From an uncultured delta proteobacterium (GTDB lineage Bacteria > Myxococcota_A > UBA9160 > SMWR01), in assembly GCA_963832165.1 (NCBI GenBank), contig CAWHTE010000001.1, positions 288,001 through 352,000 of the forward strand: a stretch of DNA of 64,000 bases, written 5' to 3'. Shown here in pieces: positions 1-10,307 of the stretch. The notes below the pieces were generated by a model, which saw only the letters and a list, made by a program, of their open reading frames with translations, searched no databases and was not told the origin of the DNA. Numbering within the stretch: position 1 is the first letter of the stretch; each line of letters starts with the position of its first letter. Made by a program: the position numbers and the translations under genes.

Positions 1-359
1 ACCACGAGGCCGCCCATGCTGTGCCCGATCAGGAACAGCGGATCCTCGGGTGCATCTGCGCGGACCTGCTCCAGCACGATCGCGAGGTCGTCCAGATATT
101 CGGCGAACGAATCCACGTGACAGCGCCGGCCCGCGGACTGACCGTGTCCGCGGTGGTCGTAGGCGTGAGCGGCGAAGCCATGCTCTGCGAGCCACTGACC
201 CACGTGTTCGTAGCGGCCGCTGTGCTCGGCGAAGCCGTGGACGATCAACGCGGTAGCGCGCGAGTGCTCGGGCAGCCAGCCGCGCCGGAACAGCGCGGCT
301 TGGGACGAACCGCGCGTCGACAGCTCGTAGCGGCGGGTCGCGGGGGTCGTGCTCTCCAA
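1..359 (-). CDS. Alpha/beta hydrolase (lysophospholipase/Hydrolase_4 family), 5' part only, runs off window
   Basis: Not in the ORF track. Manual minus-strand translation from TTG at 359 gives ...ALIVHGFAEHSGRY...YDHRGHGQS...LFLIGHSMGG, with the GxSxG nucleophile motif. Confidence 0.9.
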   Translation of the reverse strand, partial: MESTTPATRRYELSTRGSSQAALFRRGWLPEHSRATALIVHGFAEHSGRYEHVGQWLAEHGFAAHAYDHRGHGQSAGRRCHVDSFAEYLDDLAIVLEQVRADAPEDPLFLIGHSMGGLV

Positions 360-369
360 CGTGGACCGG

Positions 370-900
370 TCAGGATGCGACCCGGTGGCGAACCGTCGCT
401 CGCGCTGCGCGCACCCGATCCAGATAGGCGACGCCACGAATGTCGGAGCCCCAGAAGTAGGCCGAGATGCCGTCGTCTTCGCCCAGGCGCCGGATGTTGT
501 CGGCGAGAATCGAGCAGCCGGCCGCGATGTTGCTTTCGATGGTCGTCAGGTTACCGGCCAGGATACGCGCTTCGGTCATGTACGGCATGACCTGCATCAA
601 CCCGATCGCGCCCTTCGGCGAATACGCCCAGGGCCGAGCTCCGCTCTCGACGAGGATGATCGCGGTCACGAGCTGGGGATCGAGAGCGTAGTCGGTGCTG
701 CTGCGCAGGACCGCGCGGCCGATCCGCACCCGCTCGGCTTCGGAGAGGTTGGGATTCGCGGAAGCGACGATCTGACCGATCGCGTCGGCGCTCAGCGCTG
801 CGGGACCCCGATCTGCGGCCGAGCGATCCGACGCGACCGCTCCGCGCCATACCTGTGCGGTCGCGAGCGCAGCGAGCAGCAGGACCTGCCAACGCCTCAT
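370..900 (-). CDS. Lytic transglycosylase (SLT domain), secreted
   Basis: Signal peptide MRRWQVLLLAALATA; motifs AIILVES, GAIGLMQVMP and NIAAG. Confidence 0.85.
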   Translation of the reverse strand: MRRWQVLLLAALATAQVWRGAVASDRSAADRGPAALSADAIGQIVASANPNLSEAERVRIGRAVLRSSTDYALDPQLVTAIILVESGARPWAYSPKGAIGLMQVMPYMTEARILAGNLTTIESNIAAGCSILADNIRRLGEDDGISAYFWGSDIRGVAYLDRVRAARATVRHRVAS

Positions 901-1375
901 CGAAGCCTCCCGCGGGTTGGCGCAGCCAACCGCCCCCCTGATTCTCGAGCCGCGCAAGCATATCGAGCGATCGAATCGGGTACCAAATCGGATGAGGCGA
1001 AACGCCCCAAATTAACCCGCAAAGACCGCTCGTTCGCACCGGTTTTTCCGGCGCTTTTCAACGCAACACAATCGTGCGCGAGATGTCGTTTCTGCGCGTT
1101 GACCCTCCGCTCGGGCCGGTGATAGGATGCAGAACGGAAGGGATGGGACAGGCGTCGGGTAACGGCCCGACAGGGGAACCGTACAGAGCACAGGTGGGGC
1201 AGCGCGCATAGCGTTCCTGTTTCTGCACGGTTAGGCGAAATGGTTCCGGCTTCGGGGGGACGGCGCAGATCTTTTGACGCGGCCGCATTTGCGGGCGCGA
1301 TGCAGCAACAGAGCACGGGTTCAGGGCCCCGCAGCCAAAGCTGACCTAATCGCTGGCCCAGGAGTTCCATCTCCG

Positions 1376-2821
1376 ATGACGGCTCAGAAACCTGCCGCGA
1401 CCGATCTGCTTTCCGCCGTACCGATTCGGCGGATCCTGGATGGACTTGCGCGTATCCACCGCTGGGTCCTCGTGATGGACGCGCGGCTCCGGGTCGTCTT
1501 CATGAGCGACGCGCTGCGCGAGCTGCCGGGCATGGAGGACATCGCGGTCGGTGTCGATGCGCGGACCTTCCTGGCCAAGCTGCCGAAACCGGAGCAGGTC
1601 TTCCCGCTGCGCTCGCGGATGCGCGAGCGCGCTCATCTCACCGGCTCGCACCTGGAGATCCGGATCTCCGAAGGGCGCACGATCCCGATCGACATCGACC
1701 TCGTGCGCGTCGATTCCCCGGATTCGCCGGAAGGGAATCTGCTGATCGCGGTCGCGACGGAGCACGCGTCGCCGGCGGGCGACGAGCTGGAAGCGCGTCT
1801 GCTCGACGCGCTGTCCGATGGCGTGCTCGCGGTCGACGCCGGGGGCTTCGTGCGCCGCGCGAACCGCGCCGCGCTTCGGATCCTCGAGGCGTCCGCCGAC
1901 GAGGTGTTGGCCCACTCGATCACGTCGCTGCTCGCGAAGGGCGCCGACGAGATCGAAGCGCTGGCGGAGCTGCTCGGAGGCGCACCGCGCGAAGGCGTCT
2001 GCGAGCTGACCCAGCGCTCGCGGTCGGGTGCGCTTCGCAATCTGGAGGTCCGGCTCGCGCCGCTGTCGAACAACGCGCGCGCGGTCGTTCTGCGCGACGT
2101 GACCGCGCATCGGCTCGCCGAGCAACGACTGCGCAAGGCGAACGAGGAGCTCGAGCACTGCGTCGGATCGCTCGCTCACGACCTGCGTTCGCCGCTGGTG
2201 GGCCTGCTCGGCTTCTCGCGGCTGCTGCGCCAGGACTACGAGGACTCGCTCGACGAGACAGGGCACCATTTCCTCGACCGCATCGAGCAGGGCGCGCGCA
2301 CGATGGAGTCGCTGATCCACGATCTGCTCGAGCTCGCGCGCATCGGCGAATCGGGCGAGCGCCCGGTGCTGGTCGATCCGCGCGAAGTCCTGCTCCAGCT
2401 CGCCGCGGAGCTGAAGCCGCGCCTGGAGTTGAACGGGATCGATCTGGTGCTTCCGACGGCTCTCGTGTCCCGCATGTACTGCGATCGCTCGCGCATATAC
2501 CAGGTGTTCTCGAATCTGATCGGGAACGCGATCGATCACATGGGCCCGCGCCGCGACGCCCGCATCGAGGTGCAGATCGACGAGGACGACCGCCGCCACG
2601 AAATCGTCGTGGCCGACAACGGGCGCGGCATCGATCCGACGCACCGCGGGCGGATCTTCGAGGCGTTCCAGAGCATCGGCACGCGATCGGACGGCCGGCG
2701 CGGCACGGGCATGGGCCTCGCGATCGTGAAGAAGATCGTCGAGAAGCGCGGCGGCGAGGTCTGGGTCGAGAGCGAGCTCGGCCGCGGCACTCGCTTCCAC
2801 GTCACGTTCCCGCGCAGCTGA
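1376..2821 (+). CDS. Cytoplasmic PAS-domain sensor histidine kinase
   Basis: H-box AHDLRSPL, N-box NLIGNA, DNGRGI, GTGMGL; N-terminal PAS-like segments; no TM helix. Start chosen at MTAQKP. Confidence 0.9.
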   Translation: MTAQKPAATDLLSAVPIRRILDGLARIHRWVLVMDARLRVVFMSDALRELPGMEDIAVGVDARTFLAKLPKPEQVFPLRSRMRERAHLTGSHLEIRISEGRTIPIDIDLVRVDSPDSPEGNLLIAVATEHASPAGDELEARLLDALSDGVLAVDAGGFVRRANRAALRILEASADEVLAHSITSLLAKGADEIEALAELLGGAPREGVCELTQRSRSGALRNLEVRLAPLSNNARAVVLRDVTAHRLAEQRLRKANEELEHCVGSLAHDLRSPLVGLLGFSRLLRQDYEDSLDETGHHFLDRIEQGARTMESLIHDLLELARIGESGERPVLVDPREVLLQLAAELKPRLELNGIDLVLPTALVSRMYCDRSRIYQVFSNLIGNAIDHMGPRRDARIEVQIDEDDRRHEIVVADNGRGIDPTHRGRIFEAFQSIGTRSDGRRGTGMGLAIVKKIVEKRGGEVWVESELGRGTRFHVTFPRS

Positions 2822-2886
2822 CCGCGCGAGGACGGGTCCGCCGGTCGGTTGCTCCGCTGCGGGCACTCCCGTAGCCTCGCGCGCCC

Positions 2887-3639
2887 ATGTACCCGGTTCT
2901 GTTCCGGATCGGCGACTTCCCGATCAGCACGTTCGGGCTGATGATGGCCACGGCCTTTCTGGTCGGCTCGTGGATCACGGCGCGGCGCATGAAGGAGGTG
3001 GGGCTCGATCCCGACCTCGCCACGACGATCCTCGTCTACGTGATGCTCGGGGGCATCGCGGGCTCGAAGCTCTACTTCGCGATCGACGTCTCGCTTCGCG
3101 AAGGGCGACCGTTCACCGAGCTCTTGTTCGCGCGCGACGGGATCACCTGGTACGGCGGGTTGATCCTCGGCACCGTGATCGGCTCGATCGGCGCGCGCCT
3201 CCACGGCGTGTCGGTCGTCCAGATGATGAACTGTGTGGCGCCGGCGGTCGCGGTCGGGCAGGCAATCGGCCGCGTCGGCTGCTTCCTGGTCGGCGACGAC
3301 TACGGCAGGGCGAGCGACCTGCCCTGGGCGGTCGCCTTTCCGCAAGGAGCTCCGCCGACCGATCCGGGTGTGCGGGTCCATCCCACCCAGATCTACGAGA
3401 TTCTCTGGCTGTTGCCCGTCGCGTTCTGGCTCTGGAAGCGGCGCGACCGCAGCCCGTTCCTGTTCGGCGAATACCTGTTTGCGAACGGCCTCGGTCGGCT
3501 CGTGATCGAGACGCTGCGCGTGAACCCGAAGGTGCTGGCCGGGCTGACCGAGCCGCAGATCGTCGGCCTAGCGCTGATCGCGGGCGGAAGCGTTTCCTGG
3601 CTCTACTTCCGATCGCGCAGGACGCCTGTCACCGCTTGA
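2887..3639 (+). CDS. lgt: Prolipoprotein diacylglyceryl transferase
   Basis: MYPVLF start, GITWYGG, GRVGCFLVGDDYG, HPTQIYE. Confidence 0.93.
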   Translation: MYPVLFRIGDFPISTFGLMMATAFLVGSWITARRMKEVGLDPDLATTILVYVMLGGIAGSKLYFAIDVSLREGRPFTELLFARDGITWYGGLILGTVIGSIGARLHGVSVVQMMNCVAPAVAVGQAIGRVGCFLVGDDYGRASDLPWAVAFPQGAPPTDPGVRVHPTQIYEILWLLPVAFWLWKRRDRSPFLFGEYLFANGLGRLVIETLRVNPKVLAGLTEPQIVGLALIAGGSVSWLYFRSRRTPVTA

Positions 3640-4606
3640 TCTGCGCTCGCGTCGCCGCGCTGGGGCGCCGCCGGAACCCCGGAGCGGGGCCGCCCAGCCG
3701 CTCGAGCAGCGCGGTCGCATCACCCGCGATCCGCGCGCGATCCTCGCCGTCCGCGAGCTCGACCACGCTCGCCACTGCGTCGCGCGAGAGACCCAGGAGC
3801 TCCGGCTCCGGCGTTCCCGTGCTGGCCCACGCAGCGAGATGGCGGATGCTCTTCGCGTATTCGCGCTCGACGTACGCGTGCATGCCCTCGGCGTAGCTCA
3901 AGAGCCGCGAGGTCGCGGGTTCGGCTTCCGTCTGATCGAGCGCGCGCGAAAAGCAGTCGCGCGCCGCTTCGAACGCTCCGCTCGAGAGATAGGAACGCCC
4001 GGCGCTCTCGAACCCGGCCGCCACCGAGCCGTACATCTCCTCGAGCAGCACATCGAGCGGTACGCCGAACACCGCTTCCACTTCTTCGGGCTTCTCGATC
4101 ACGAAGCGCACGGCTCCATCGTCGCGCAGATCCGCGATCATGAGGCGCAGCTGATCCGCGGTGCGCTGCGCGAGCGTTTCGAGCTCGCGCACGCCTTCGT
4201 CGAGTCGGTCGTCGACCGCACCGAGCATCTTCTCGAACTCGTCGAAGAGCGCCTTCGACTCCTCGCCGGCGTCCGATTGGAGCGCGCGCACGCGCGGGCC
4301 GTAGACCTCGCGCTGGTAGAGGTTCTCGCGCAGCTTCATCGCCTCATGGAACAGCGAGCCCACGGCCAGGTCGAACAGCGCCTCGCGATGCGTCGAGCCG
4401 CGAACCACGCCACCGGGGCCGCGGTACAGGGCGTGGGTGCGCTCTTTGAGCCGGAACAGCACGCTGCTCTCGTCGTCGCGGATCAGCGCGGCGAGCTCGG
4501 GGAAGCGCAGGCCCTGCGCGCGGTGGCGCCGGGCGAGCCCCCGGACCAGCCGGTCGACCTCGACGAAATCGCGCAGGATCTCGAGGATCCGCGTGGGGCC
4601 CCGCAT
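3629..4606 (-). CDS. Hypothetical helical protein with TPR-like C-terminal region
   Basis: Long ORF with typical codon usage; helical, TPR-like AGRSYLSSGAFEAARDCFSRAL. Confidence 0.7.
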   Translation of the reverse strand: MRGPTRILEILRDFVEVDRLVRGLARRHRAQGLRFPELAALIRDDESSVLFRLKERTHALYRGPGGVVRGSTHREALFDLAVGSLFHEAMKLRENLYQREVYGPRVRALQSDAGEESKALFDEFEKMLGAVDDRLDEGVRELETLAQRTADQLRLMIADLRDDGAVRFVIEKPEEVEAVFGVPLDVLLEEMYGSVAAGFESAGRSYLSSGAFEAARDCFSRALDQTEAEPATSRLLSYAEGMHAYVEREYAKSIRHLAAWASTGTPEPELLGLSRDAVASVVELADGEDRARIAGDATALLERLGGPAPGFRRRPSAATRAQIKR

Positions 4607-4703
4607 GGATCGAGTATATGGGAACGCAATGGCCCGCGCGGACGGCTTTCCCTAAGGTAATCGCTTCACCGCGAGGGAGCTGCGCGCAAACCGTGAGGAC
4701 CCC

Positions 4704-6395
4704 ATGACTCAGATCGAACGCGAGAGCATGGAGGTCGACGTCCTCTACGTCGGGGCGGGCCCGGCGACGCTGGCGTCGGCGATTCACCTGATGAACCAGG
4801 TCGAGGCCTGGAACCGGGCCGCCGAGCAGGACGGCCGGCCCCCGATCGAGCCGCCCAACGTGCTCGTGCTCGAGAAGAGCGCGACCATCGGCGACCACCT
4901 GCTCTCGGGCGCGTGCATGAATCCCCGCGCGATCCGCGAGCTGATCCCGGACTTCGAGCAGCAGGGCTTTCCGACCGAGTACGTGTGCAACTACGCCGGC
5001 TTCTGGCTGTTCCATCCGAAGGGCAAGCTCTCGATTCCCGTGGTGCCGCCCAACTTCCGCAAGAAGGGCTACCACGTCGTCTCGCTGAACAAGGTCGCCA
5101 AGTGGATGGCCGAGCGCGCCGAGGCCGCTGGCGTCCAGATCTTTCCCGGATTCGCGGGCGATCAGCTGCTGATCGAGGGCAGCCGGGTGATCGGCGTGCG
5201 CACGGGCGACATGGGCGTCGACAAGGACGGCAAGCCCAAGGGCACCTTCCAGCCCGGCATGGACATCCTCGCCAAGGTGACCGTGCTAGGCGAGGGCGTG
5301 CGCGGCAGCCTCGCGCGGCAGCTGATCGAGCGCTTCGATCTGCAGGGGGTGAACCCGCAGACGTTCGAGACCGGCGTCAAGGAGATCTGGCGCATCAATC
5401 CCGAGAAGCACCAGCCCGGCCGCGTCGTGCACGGGATGAGCTTCCCGAAGATCCTCGACGGCTTCCACGGCATGTGGCTCTACGACATGGCTGACAACCT
5501 CGTGTCGTACGGCTTCGTCACGATGCTCGACTCGTCGAACCCGAACACCGACCCGCACCTCGAGGCGCAGCGCTTCAAGACCAATCCCTGGATGAAGTGG
5601 CTGCTCGAGGACGCGGAGCTCGTGCGCTACGGGGCGAAGACGATTCCCACCGGCGGCCTCTATTCGCAGCCCAAGCTCTATCACGACGGCGTCGCGTTGA
5701 TCGGCGACGCCGCGAGCATGTGCAACGCGCAGAACCTGGCCGGCGTCCATATGGCGATCAAGACGGGAATGCTCGCCGCGGAGTCGATCATCGATGCGCT
5801 CGCGGCGCAGGACTTCACGGCCAAGACGCTGGGCGGATACACCGAGCGCTACCGCAAGAGCTGGGCCTACGACGAGCACTATCAGGCGCGCAACTTCTGC
5901 GCGTCCACGGAGCGCGGCGTGGGCTTCTTCATGCTGAACGAGCCCGTGCGCATGATCACGGGCGGCCGCGGCATCCAGGACGAGATGAAGACCGAGGCCG
6001 GGCATCTGCACATGAAGCAGCTCGCCGACCTCCCGAAGCACAAGCGCGCGCGCGAGGCGTTCGAGTTCGACGGGAAGATCACGTTCACCAAGGAGCACCT
6101 GGTGGGCTTCAGCGGCACGGCCCACGAGGTGGACCAGCCGTCGCACCTGGTGGTGGCCGACACCGATCTCTGCCGCGATGTCTGCTCGGTGGAGTACGGC
6201 AATCCGTGCGAAGCGTTCTGTCCCGCGGCCGTCTACGAGATGGTCGACGATCCGGAGCGGCCCGGAAAGCGGAAGCTCTTCATCCACCACGAGAACTGCG
6301 TGCACTGCAAGACCTGCGACATCGCAGATCCGTATCAGGTGATCACGTGGACGCCGCCCGAGGGCGGCGAGGGGCCCGACTACACCCAGATGTAG
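4704..6395 (+). CDS. Electron transfer flavoprotein-ubiquinone oxidoreductase (FAD + 4Fe-4S)
   Basis: DVLYVGAGPA FAD motif, LSGA, IGDAA, C-terminal FCPAAVYE...NCVHCKTCDI...PEGGEGP. Confidence 0.93.
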   Translation: MTQIERESMEVDVLYVGAGPATLASAIHLMNQVEAWNRAAEQDGRPPIEPPNVLVLEKSATIGDHLLSGACMNPRAIRELIPDFEQQGFPTEYVCNYAGFWLFHPKGKLSIPVVPPNFRKKGYHVVSLNKVAKWMAERAEAAGVQIFPGFAGDQLLIEGSRVIGVRTGDMGVDKDGKPKGTFQPGMDILAKVTVLGEGVRGSLARQLIERFDLQGVNPQTFETGVKEIWRINPEKHQPGRVVHGMSFPKILDGFHGMWLYDMADNLVSYGFVTMLDSSNPNTDPHLEAQRFKTNPWMKWLLEDAELVRYGAKTIPTGGLYSQPKLYHDGVALIGDAASMCNAQNLAGVHMAIKTGMLAAESIIDALAAQDFTAKTLGGYTERYRKSWAYDEHYQARNFCASTERGVGFFMLNEPVRMITGGRGIQDEMKTEAGHLHMKQLADLPKHKRAREAFEFDGKITFTKEHLVGFSGTAHEVDQPSHLVVADTDLCRDVCSVEYGNPCEAFCPAAVYEMVDDPERPGKRKLFIHHENCVHCKTCDIADPYQVITWTPPEGGEGPDYTQM

Positions 6396-6402
6396 AGGCG
6401 GA

Positions 6403-7392
6403 CTACGGGAGCCCCAGGCCGAGGCCGGGAGCCCAGAGGTACAGGAAGGACGGCCCCTGGACGGGTAGCTCGCCCGGCCACAGGTCGAGCACGGCGTCCC
6501 GCCTTTGTCGCGCGCGCGAGTAGTAGTTGTTCGTGTACTCGCGCGGGCGGTGATAGGTGATGACGCTTGCGCTGGAGAGCCCCGCGAGCTCGCGCGCCCT
6601 GCGCACGGAGTCGTCGAGCGAGCCGATCTCGTCGACGAGGCCCAGCTGCTTCGCCTGGGTCGCGCTGTAGATCCTGCCATCGGCGAGCGCGCGGACCTGC
6701 TCGGGCTTGAGCCTCTTGCGGCCCGCCTGCACGACCTCGACGAATCGCGCGTAGAGGTCGTCGATCACCGATTGCAGCTGCGCGCGCTCCTCGGGGCGCA
6801 TGCGCCGCAACACCGATCCCGCGTCCTTGAACTTCCCGCTCGTGATCGTCTGGTTCTCGATTCCGAGCTTCTCCATCAAGCCGTTGAGGTTCACGCCCGA
6901 GAAGATCACGCCGATCGAGCCCGTCACGCTGGTCCGCTCGGCGCGGATCTCGTCGGCGGCGAGCGCCACGTAGTAGCCGCCCGATGCGGCGGTTCCCATC
7001 AGCTGGGCGACGACGGGAACCTTGCGCTCGTGCTTGAAGCGCTGGATCTCGTCATAGAGCAGATCGCTGCCCGTCACGGTGCCGCCCGGGCTGTTGATGC
7101 GCAGCACGAGTGCTTTGACCTGATCGTCGGAGCGGGCCATGTCGAGCTCTTCGCGAACGCGCCCGACCATTCCCTCGTTGACGGTTCCGAAGAACTCCGC
7201 CACGTCCGAGGTCTCGGTGATCACGCCGTCGACCTCGAGCATCAGGACCTTCGCGTCTCCCTCGCCGTCGAGGACCGACTCGGAGAGCGGCTCGACCTCG
7301 CCGCTCGGGATGTTGATCGTGATGCAGCCGAGCGCGAGCGCGGTCGGCAGCAACGCGAGCGCAAAGAGTGCAGTGCGGCGTGCGGGCGTCAT
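6403..7392 (-). CDS. sppA: Signal peptide peptidase SppA (S49), lipoprotein
   Basis: LRINSPGG, AASGGYY, GSIGVI, SGKFKD; lipobox LALGC. Confidence 0.9.
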   Translation of the reverse strand: MTPARRTALFALALLPTALALGCITINIPSGEVEPLSESVLDGEGDAKVLMLEVDGVITETSDVAEFFGTVNEGMVGRVREELDMARSDDQVKALVLRINSPGGTVTGSDLLYDEIQRFKHERKVPVVAQLMGTAASGGYYVALAADEIRAERTSVTGSIGVIFSGVNLNGLMEKLGIENQTITSGKFKDAGSVLRRMRPEERAQLQSVIDDLYARFVEVVQAGRKRLKPEQVRALADGRIYSATQAKQLGLVDEIGSLDDSVRRARELAGLSSASVITYHRPREYTNNYYSRARQRRDAVLDLWPGELPVQGPSFLYLWAPGLGLGLP

Positions 7393-7556
7393 GAATGGGA
7401 GGCCTCCGGCGGGGGTGTACCTCATCGACGCTGTGCGCGCCGTCGAGAAACGGAGCGCGGGGACGAGTGCCACAGCACTTCCGCCCCCGCGCCTCTTGCG
7501 TCTCTCACCCCCCGTTCGAGACGCACGAGATTGCGCAGCTGCGCCGTTGCCGGCAC

Positions 7557-10307
7557 TCAGCTGCAGCCGCTCGTACCTCCGCAATTCGGGCACTTGTAGC
7601 AAGCGCCGTTGCGAATCATGATCGATCCACAGTCGCTGCAGCTCGGTGCATCGGCCTGGTTCACGAATCCGTAGGGAAGCGGGTCGACGCCGGATCCTCC
7701 CGCGACCGCGGCGACGCGCGGCTCGAGCCCGGACTCTTCGGGCGACGCCTCCTGCTCGTCGGCGATCTCGGGCTCGTGCAGGAACCGGTTGCCGAGGTAG
7801 CGGAACACGTAGTCCATCACGGACTTGGCGATCGGGATCTCGCGGTTGTTCGTGAAGCCGGCAGGCTCGAAGCGCGTGTGGCTGAACTTGTCCACGAGCG
7901 CCTTGAGCGGGACTCCGTACTGGAGCGCGATCGAGGTCATCGTGGCGATCGTGTCCATGAGGCCCGACACGGTGCTGCCTTCCTTGGCCATGCGCAGGAA
8001 GATCTCGCCGGGCTGCCCATCGTCGTAGAGCCCCACGATCAGGTAGCCCTCGTGTCCCGCGATCGAGAACTTGTGCGTGCGCGCCGCGCGCTCGTCGGGA
8101 AGCTTGTGGCGGATCGGCCGCGCCTCCTCGTCGGTGCGCGTCTTCACCTCCTCCTTGCCCGCGTTGAGCGGCTGCGTGCGCTTGCTGCCGTCGCGGTACA
8201 CCGCGAGCGCCTTGAGCCCGAGGCGCCAGCCCTCGGTGTAGGCGAGCACGATGTCCTCGACCGAGGCGTCCTCGGGCAGGTTCACGGTCTTGCTGATCGC
8301 GCCGGAGAGGAAGGGCTGCACCGCGCCCATCATGCGCACGTGCCCCATCCAGTGGATGCTGCGCGTTCCGCGCTGCGCTCGGAACGCGCAGTCGAACACG
8401 GGCAGGTGCTCAGCGGCGAGACCCGGAGCCTCTTCGATCGTCTCGTGCTCGTCGATGTACTCGACGATCCGCATGATCTGCGGCTCGGAATAGCCGAGCT
8501 TGCGCAGCGCCATCGGAACGGTTCCGTTCACGATCTTGAGGAACCCGCCGCCGACGAGCTTCTTGTACTTCACGAGCGCGATGTCGGGCTCGACCCCGGT
8601 GGTGTCGCAATCCATCATGAACGCGATCGTGCCGGTCGGAGCGAGCACGGTGACCTGTGCGTTCTTGTAGCCGTGCAGGCGACCCGTCTCGAGCGCTTCG
8701 GTCCAGCTCGCGTGCGCGGCGCTCCGCAGATCCTCGGGCACGCCCGGTGTCGGGATCGCGAGCGCGGCGTTGCGGTGCATGCCGATCACGTCGAGGAACG
8801 GCTTGCGGTTCATGCGGTAGCGCGCGAACGGGCCCATCGCCTCGGCAATCGCGGCGCTCGTGGCGTAGGCCTGTCCGCACATCACCGCGGTGATCGCGGC
8901 CGAGAGATTGCGCCCCTCGTCGCTGTCGTAGGGCAGGCCGAACGACATCAGGAGCGCGCCCAGGTTCGCGTAGCCGAGCCCGAGCGGCCGATACAGATGG
9001 CTGTTGCGCGCAATCTCGGGCGTCGGGTAGGCCGCGTGATCGACGAGGATCTCCTGGGCAAGGATCGTGAGCGCGGCCGCGCGGCGGAACTCCTCGACGG
9101 CGAAGCGCCCCTCGACGTCGACGAACTTCATGAGATTGAGGCTGGCCAGGTTGCAGGCCGTGTCGTCGAGGAACATGTACTCGGAGCACGGGTTGCTCGA
9201 ATTGATGCGCCCCGACGCCTTGACCGGATTCCAGCGATTGATCGTCGTGTCGTATTGAATGCCCGGATCACCGCACACGTGGGCGGCATCGGCCATCTCG
9301 CGGAGCATTTCGCGGGCCTCGAGCGTGTCGAGCGTCTCGCCCGTGGTCACGGCGCGCGTCTGCCACTTCGCGCCGTTGTGCGCCGCCTGCATGAAGCCGT
9401 CGGTGACGCGCACGGAGTGATTCGCGTTCTGGAAGTACACCGAGTCGTAGGCGCCGCCCGCGACGTTGAAGCCGCCGTCGTACCCGGAGTCGATCAGCGA
9501 CCAGGCCTTCTTCTCCTCGCTCGCCTTGCTGTGGATGAACTCCATGATGTCGGGGTGGTCGACGTTCAGGATCACCATCTTGGCAGCACGGCGCGTCTTC
9601 CCACCCGACTTCACGACGCCCGCGAACGCGTCGAATCCGCGCATGAACGAGACCGGACCCGACGCCGTGCCGCCGCCCGCGAGCCGCTCGCGCGACGAGC
9701 GGATCCGCGACAGGTTCGAGCCGGTTCCAGAGCCGCCCTTGAACAGCATCGCCTCGGTCTTCGCGAGATCCATGATCGACTCCATGGTGTCGTCCACGGA
9801 GTTGATGAAGCAGGCGCTCGCCTGCTGGGGCGTGTCCTTGACGCCGAGGTTGAACCAGACCGGGCTGTTGAACGCCATGCGCTGCGTGACGAGCACGTGG
9901 GTCAGCTCGTCCGAGAACGCCTGCGAGTCTTCGGGCGTCGCGAAATAACCCGACGCATCGCCCCACTCGCGGATCTTTCCCACGACGCGCCCGATCAGCT
10001 GCTTCACGCTGTGTTCGCGGTCGGCGGCATCGAGGTGGCCGCGGAAGTACTTCGACACCACGACGTTGGTGGCGAGCTGCGACCAGCTCTTGGGGATCTC
10101 GACGCCCTTCTGCTCGAAGACGACCTCGCCGCCCTCTCCGCTGATCTTGGCGCTGCGCAGCTCCCACGCGACCGCGTCGAACGGGTCCTCTCCGGCCTTG
10201 GTGAAGGTCCGCTCGATCGAGAGCCCTTTGGCCTTGCCGCCCTGGCGAGCCTTGCCGCCAATCGCCTTCAGATGACCCCGATCGCCCGACGTATGCGTGG
10301 TGGACAT
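7557..10307 (-). CDS. nrdJ: Class II (adenosylcobalamin-dependent) ribonucleotide reductase
   Basis: FNSPVWFN, SACFI, NPCSEY, ACNLAS, APTGTI, SKTVN; TSCPD-like domain and C-terminal Zn ribbon CSDC...CPNC. Confidence 0.96.
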   Translation of the reverse strand: MSTTHTSGDRGHLKAIGGKARQGGKAKGLSIERTFTKAGEDPFDAVAWELRSAKISGEGGEVVFEQKGVEIPKSWSQLATNVVVSKYFRGHLDAADREHSVKQLIGRVVGKIREWGDASGYFATPEDSQAFSDELTHVLVTQRMAFNSPVWFNLGVKDTPQQASACFINSVDDTMESIMDLAKTEAMLFKGGSGTGSNLSRIRSSRERLAGGGTASGPVSFMRGFDAFAGVVKSGGKTRRAAKMVILNVDHPDIMEFIHSKASEEKKAWSLIDSGYDGGFNVAGGAYDSVYFQNANHSVRVTDGFMQAAHNGAKWQTRAVTTGETLDTLEAREMLREMADAAHVCGDPGIQYDTTINRWNPVKASGRINSSNPCSEYMFLDDTACNLASLNLMKFVDVEGRFAVEEFRRAAALTILAQEILVDHAAYPTPEIARNSHLYRPLGLGYANLGALLMSFGLPYDSDEGRNLSAAITAVMCGQAYATSAAIAEAMGPFARYRMNRKPFLDVIGMHRNAALAIPTPGVPEDLRSAAHASWTEALETGRLHGYKNAQVTVLAPTGTIAFMMDCDTTGVEPDIALVKYKKLVGGGFLKIVNGTVPMALRKLGYSEPQIMRIVEYIDEHETIEEAPGLAAEHLPVFDCAFRAQRGTRSIHWMGHVRMMGAVQPFLSGAISKTVNLPEDASVEDIVLAYTEGWRLGLKALAVYRDGSKRTQPLNAGKEEVKTRTDEEARPIRHKLPDERAARTHKFSIAGHEGYLIVGLYDDGQPGEIFLRMAKEGSTVSGLMDTIATMTSIALQYGVPLKALVDKFSHTRFEPAGFTNNREIPIAKSVMDYVFRYLGNRFLHEPEIADEQEASPEESGLEPRVAAVAGGSGVDPLPYGFVNQADAPSCSDCGSIMIRNGACYKCPNCGGTSGCS

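Noticed and set aside
901..1375. ncRNA or small genes in the divergent intergenic region
   Set aside because: No supportable ORF, RNA structure or promoter consensus could be identified by eye.
1376..2821. Kinase as the PEP-CTERM regulator PrsK
   Set aside because: It lacks the N-terminal membrane region and GAF domain of PrsK, and there is no adjacent PrsR.
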